Positions 59,988 to 64,000 of a DNA stretch of 64,000 nucleotides are shown piece after piece. The translations under genes were made by a program, and so were the position numbers. This DNA comes from an uncultured Pseudomonadota bacterium (GTDB lineage Bacteria; Oederibacteriota; Muellerivitia; Muellerivitales; Muellerivitaceae): contig CAWIIP010000002.1 in NCBI GenBank assembly GCA_963836235.1, positions 139,454-203,453 on the forward strand. Direction: 5' to 3'. Each line of letters opens with the position of its first letter. Positions within the stretch are counted from its first letter, which is position 1. The notes under the pieces are model-generated. The model saw nothing but the letters and a program-made list of their open reading frames with translations. It had not been told where the DNA came from and ran no database searches.

Positions 59988-60725
59988 TTAATTAGAATGA
60001 TATTTTCCAACCGGTTCTGCGTACTTGACCGATGGGTCAGTTTTCATTTCTTCAATTGCGTCTTTCACGGACATTCCATTTGTAATTTGAATAAGGTAAT
60101 ATTCCATTTTAAGAGCTTGTAAAACTTCATGCTTTACGTCACCTATCGACCCCATTAGTTTGAGGACTCTTTCATTATCAGTTGCGGGAATATCTGATTT
60201 TAATCCGACCATAATTTGATTCGCATCGTAATCTTTACCTGGCACAAGCCGATCCCAATTGGGGGTCGGGTAAGGTTTGTGCGTTGGGGTTGGTGTTGGA
60301 GAAGCGAAAAAAGTTTCCAAGTTAGTAATGATAACGGGTTCAGCAAATGAAACAGCTGGATCAGCTTTCAGCTTTTCGTAAGCGCCTTTCGACGACATAC
60401 CATTTGTAACCTTGATATTCCAACCTTCCGCCCCATTGGTATTTTTTGTAACACCCATCGACATCATTATTCCAATAATTCTATTTTTTTCAGAAAGAGG
60501 GAGGTGTGGTTTTAACCCGACCAAAATCACCTTGTCTTTTTCAAGAACCGGCCAATTAAAATGACGTGTCGGAACGGGAGAAGAAGAAGTAAGGTTTGCC
60601 CCATTGACACTTCCATTTGATTGAAGTGAAGTGGGACCTGCCGAGGCCGAAGAAAAAATAAAATATTGTATTATCAACAAAAATGATAAAAATAAATTTC
60701 TATGCTTGCGAAAGTCCATTGTCAA
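59988..60725 (-). CDS. Secreted protein with two tandem subtilisin-propeptide (inhibitor I9)-like domains
   Basis: Signal peptide; two ~75-aa repeats ending VSFAEPV / VKYAEPV, typical of I9 propeptide C-termini; no protease domain. Confidence 0.5.
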   Translation of the reverse strand: MTMDFRKHRNLFLSFLLIIQYFIFSSASAGPTSLQSNGSVNGANLTSSSPVPTRHFNWPVLEKDKVILVGLKPHLPLSEKNRIIGIMMSMGVTKNTNGAEGWNIKVTNGMSSKGAYEKLKADPAVSFAEPVIITNLETFFASPTPTPTHKPYPTPNWDRLVPGKDYDANQIMVGLKSDIPATDNERVLKLMGSIGDVKHEVLQALKMEYYLIQITNGMSVKDAIEEMKTDPSVKYAEPVGKYHSN

Positions 60726-60756
60726 TATTGCTTCCTTAGTTCAAGCAGAATTAATT

Positions 60757-61724
60757 AATCCAGATTCACCCCGGTCAGGCGCACGGTGCAGCCGCCGCTG
60801 GCGGTGACGATTTCGTTTCCGGAAACCTTAAGCAGGGGAGGAGCGGCTTGCGCGGGAGTTGGACCGAAAAAAGTGGAACCCAAAAGCACAAAAAGCGAAA
60901 GAAAGAAAAAGTTCATTTCGCCCCGGGACGTTTTAAGCCGGGAACCAAAGAACGTTTTCGTTTTGAAAAATAAGTTTTGTGGAGACCTGTTCAAAGTGTC
61001 ACCCGATACACTGGTTAAAGGTTGCGGAACAATTGGCAACAAAACTCGAAATGTTTCATCGCTTCTCATGAACCGGAATTTCCCAGATGACCTTCTCTGA
61101 AAACATTGCCGGGTAATTTGTTTCTCATTATATCGCCCCCCCCCCCCCGCTTCTTCCATCCGAATCCGGAATTTTCCGTCCTGGGCCACTGAAATAAGCC
61201 CCAGGAAAAGGTTTCTGTGCCCAAAAAAGCTGAAATTGACCTTCTGGAAAGCCAATTCTCGTTGTGAGCGCACACCTATCCTGCGGTAGTCGCTCGGGTT
61301 GAAGCCTTGATGCCTTCCTGCGGTTATCGCAGTACTGGCGCTCGCGGCCTTACCATTGCCAGTAGCCGTATCCGATTGAGGATTTCAGCAAACAGGCGTC
61401 GGGAAACCATCACCTCCGCCATCTGGAAAATAACGTACCGCGAATGACGGATGACATTAGCCCCGATCTTGATGAGTTTTTCCCTCAAGGTCGTTAGCGA
61501 CCAATGTTTCACCAGTTCTGGCAGTGCCAGTCGGCGCAGGAAGTTGCCCAGATTGTAGGCCAGGGCGAATAGTTGTAAGCGCACTTGGTTGTCCGCGAAG
61601 TCGTGGCAGCTTAGTCTTGTCCACTTCATCGCATACTTTCCCTCTTTGATCCACTGCTCAGCCGTGCCTCTTCCGTTGTAGAATTTCACCACCTGGGGTG
61701 CCGGTCGTCGCATGTTCGTTACGA
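60757..61724. repeat. Segmental duplication copy B (968 bp), containing a 5' pseudogene fragment of the GH5 gene (60757..60969, minus strand)
   Basis: Identical to 35985..36900 apart from a 53-nt insertion (61020..61072) and C13 vs C14 tract. Includes the cellulase ATG (60969..60967) and first 71 codons fused to unrelated sequence. Confidence 0.9.
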
Positions 61725-62778
61725 TGAAACCCACCTTTGGGAACAATTCCCCGTTGTGATGTTCGATCTTCGCCACCACGCGGCGGGGTTTGTCCCAGCT
61801 GACGGCTTGGTATTGGAAGCTGTGAAACCGGACAACCGGCTTGTGGGAGGGGCGGCCCACGGGACGGGTTAAAAATGGCTCGATTTCCCGTTGGAGTATG
61901 GCATTGGCAGGTTGGCGGATCGCGTAAAGATATCCTTCGTCTTCTAGGTATTCGTATAGTTCCTGACGGGCGAAAGCCGCGTCACCCCGGAAAAACCGGC
62001 TGATGGAAAGACCCCGGTAGCGGGCAACTACCGGTTCAAGAACCGAACGCCATTCGTGGGCACTGGCCACATTGCCGTTGCGCAACATAGCCCGTTCCAA
62101 ATCGCCGAACTGGTTGAAGCAAAACAGGGGATGGTAACAGGTACAGCCAAAGTAACCGTTGTACAAGGAACCTTCCTGATCCCCGTAGGTCTCGCTCACT
62201 GAGCTATCCATGTCGAGGATGATCTGTTGTATGGGCTTTTTCTCATGGACTCCATCGATCCATTGGCCCGATAAGTCAATTAAGCCGGTCAAATTCTTCG
62301 ACTGGGTGAGGACCTCCGTCTCGAAACGACCCATCTGGCTGGTGGAGGCGGCCTGTTTTTCCCTGGCCCGTCCTCCGATCACATGCCGCATCGCAGGATC
62401 GACACTCAGGCGTTCTGCGTCGTTGGTATCCTCATAACCGGCCAAGCGGCTGAATACCGACTGGCGAAGAAGCGCCGTCATCGTGTGTTGCGTATTCTTA
62501 CCGGTCCGCCGATCCCAAAGGATGTTTTCTGTTCTGTCAGTCAAACCAAAAGCTTCGTCGAGTTCGCGATAGGGAATCAACCCGCCATCGGAAGTGACCT
62601 TCGCACCATGGAACTCCAACTTGAGGCCAGGATCAAAAACCACCCGAAGAGCGTCTTTTCCGCCTTCACCCATTGCATTTCCCCCTCTCATGTTCCCCAA
62701 CACGAAGAAAAACCTTTGTTTATATGGCCAAACGTTGTCTTATTATACTCGAAAGGAAATTCCATCTGGGAAATCCGG
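61073..62778 (-). mobile_element. Complete IS1380-family insertion sequence (~1.7 kb)
   Basis: Imperfect terminal inverted repeats CCGGAATTTCCCAGATGA (61073..) and CCATCTGGGAAATCCGG (..62778); single 459-aa transposase. No matching 4-bp target duplication found. ~250-bp 3' noncoding region contains the C13 tract. Confidence 0.8.
61324..62703 (-). CDS. IS1380-family DDE transposase
   Basis: N-terminus LKLEFHGAKVTSDGGLIPYRELDEAFGLTD...LLRQSVFSRLAGYEDTNDAERLSVDPAM matches the IS1380-family N-terminus; C-terminal LSCHDFADNQVRLQLFALAYNL. Confidence 0.85.
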   Translation of the reverse strand: MLGNMRGGNAMGEGGKDALRVVFDPGLKLEFHGAKVTSDGGLIPYRELDEAFGLTDRTENILWDRRTGKNTQHTMTALLRQSVFSRLAGYEDTNDAERLSVDPAMRHVIGGRAREKQAASTSQMGRFETEVLTQSKNLTGLIDLSGQWIDGVHEKKPIQQIILDMDSSVSETYGDQEGSLYNGYFGCTCYHPLFCFNQFGDLERAMLRNGNVASAHEWRSVLEPVVARYRGLSISRFFRGDAAFARQELYEYLEDEGYLYAIRQPANAILQREIEPFLTRPVGRPSHKPVVRFHSFQYQAVSWDKPRRVVAKIEHHNGELFPKVGFIVTNMRRPAPQVVKFYNGRGTAEQWIKEGKYAMKWTRLSCHDFADNQVRLQLFALAYNLGNFLRRLALPELVKHWSLTTLREKLIKIGANVIRHSRYVIFQMAEVMVSRRLFAEILNRIRLLAMVRPRAPVLR

Positions 62779-62793
62779 GTTAAGGGTTACATT

Positions 62794-63427
62794 GCCAAAT
62801 CCCAATACATCCAAGATCATCCGCGAACTTCAACGCCTTTATCCCGACACCCGATGCTTCCTGCACTATAAAACTCCCTTTCAACTACTTTGCGCCGTCA
62901 TCCTTTCCGCCCAATGCACGGACGAAAGGGTGAACATCGTGGCCCCGGAATTATTCAAAGTTTTTCCAACCCCGGAAAAGCTGGCGAAAGCCAAAATGAA
63001 AGACGTGGAAAAGCTCATCAAATCCACCGGGTTTTACCATAACAAAGCCAAGAACTTGGTTGGAGCCGCCCAAGCCTTATTGGGTTTATATAAAGGAAAG
63101 ATGCCCAAAACCATTGAAGAAATGGTGGAGATTCCCGGCGTGGGCCGAAAAACCGCAAACGTGGTTCTTGGGGAGGTTTACGGCATCTCAGAAGGCATTA
63201 CAGTGGATACCCACGTCACTCGCCTCAGCAATCGCCTAGGTTGGACCAAACACCAGGATGCCGTAAAAATCGAACAGGATTTAATGAAGATTGTTCACAG
63301 GGAAGAGTGGCTTCACTTCTCTCATCGCCTGATCCAGCACGGCCGTAAAGTTTGCGACGCCCGTAAACCCCTTTGTAACATTTGTGCTCTGGCGAAGTGG
63401 TGTCCATCCGCTAAATCTTTAAAATGA
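62794..63427 (+). CDS. nth: Endonuclease III
   Basis: FQLLCAVILSAQCTDERVN, HhH-GPD (EIPGVGRKTANVVL), [4Fe-4S] CxxxxxxCxxC..C at C-terminus. No in-frame ATG near the expected N-terminus; TTG at 62794 proposed. Confidence 0.85.
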
Positions 63428-63564
63428 GACTTGAAAAGATATCGTCCAGAACAACCGGAAAGACAATTCATGATATTATTTAGGGAACCTGGGAGTTTCG
63501 TTATAAGCCGACAACCCCGTTTATTGATTGTATCGAACCAGTAATATACCGACAGGAAAACCCT

Positions 63565-64000
63565 ATGACGGAAAACCTTCCAATCTTTCATGTTTTAAAA
63601 TCCATATCTAATAAGCCTTTCAATCAAAAAAGACTGCGCCAGATATTGTCTTCCTTTATTTATTTTCCAATCCTGATCGGTGGACTGGGTCTTATTCACC
63701 CGGATATAAGTTTCCCCTGCACTTTAAGCAGCGCTACCCTGAGTTGGGCATCGGATGACGGTGGGGAAATCTTCATCAACGGCAACCTGGCCAATCAATG
63801 TCCCGACGGTTGTTGGGTGGGTGTGAATAATATCAATATTCCCCTCGCTTGGTTAAATACCACCGGGGACAATGTTCTGGCGGCATACACCTATTCGTCG
63901 GACACGGTTTATAGCGGCACCACTTGGCTGCTCACCCTGGCTTATTCCGATTGTGGGAATACTTACATTCAATCGGGCGATCCCTGCGTTGTCGACCAGT
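63565..64000 (+). CDS. Hypothetical secreted/membrane protein (partial, runs off window end)
   Basis: ATG at 63565 with open frame to the window end; hydrophobic segment FIYFPILIGGLGLI. Confidence 0.4.
   Translation, partial: MTENLPIFHVLKSISNKPFNQKRLRQILSSFIYFPILIGGLGLIHPDISFPCTLSSATLSWASDDGGEIFINGNLANQCPDGCWVGVNNINIPLAWLNTTGDNVLAAYTYSSDTVYSGTTWLLTLAYSDCGNTYIQSGDPCVVDQ

Overview
The window is a bacterial chromosomal segment in two parts. Positions 1 to about 23,000 are a housekeeping core; positions about 23,050 to 62,780 look like an accessory island. The island ends at a complete IS1380-family element inserted 15 bp upstream of the endonuclease III gene (nth).

Core region (1 to ~23,000), mostly minus strand: a partial peptide ABC transporter (dppC partial, dppB, dppA-like lipoprotein), secA, a small secreted coiled-coil protein, ligA, a metallophosphoesterase, a riboflavin operon (ribD-ribE-[inserted small gene]-ribBA-ribH) followed by nusB, gpmA and an M15/VanY-like peptidase on the plus strand, nadK, a MarC-family membrane protein, a CHASE2-sensor class III nucleotide cyclase, and an ABC-2 exporter (two permeases plus ATPase).

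Island contents, in order:
- A truncated serine recombinase (24374..25210) sits at the left edge.
- A secreted TPR protein and a beta-lactamase-fold hydrolase, whose intergenic regions share a GC-rich palindromic motif.
- A NYN-domain protein, then an HTH-HTH gene derived from the N-terminal DNA-binding part of an IS630-type transposase (no DDE domain), then a MucR zinc finger / NUMOD3 / IS630 wHTH protein. A diverged paralog of the HTH-HTH gene lies 15 kb away.
- A GH5 cellulase with a roughly 450-aa Thr/Pro-rich linker (containing 222-bp tandem repeats) and a T9SS C-terminal sorting domain.
- A type III restriction-modification operon (mod, res). A third gene is translationally coupled to res and encodes a PHP-domain plus SMC-like ABC-ATPase protein, truncated by a one-ended IS1380 remnant.
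- A segment resembling a conjugative-element leading region (about 45.2 to 59.8 kb): an ArdC-like antirestriction protein, a RadC-like JAB protein, several toxin-antitoxin pairs (VapBC, HigBA-like, HI1419/HI1420-type), small zinc-finger proteins, and three SpoVG-like paralogs. These genes are separated by repeated, highly structured GC-rich noncoding elements.
- A 0.92 to 0.97 kb segmental duplication made of the IS1380 right end plus its 3' flank, including the first 71 codons of the cellulase gene.

No rRNA, tRNA or CRISPR array was found.
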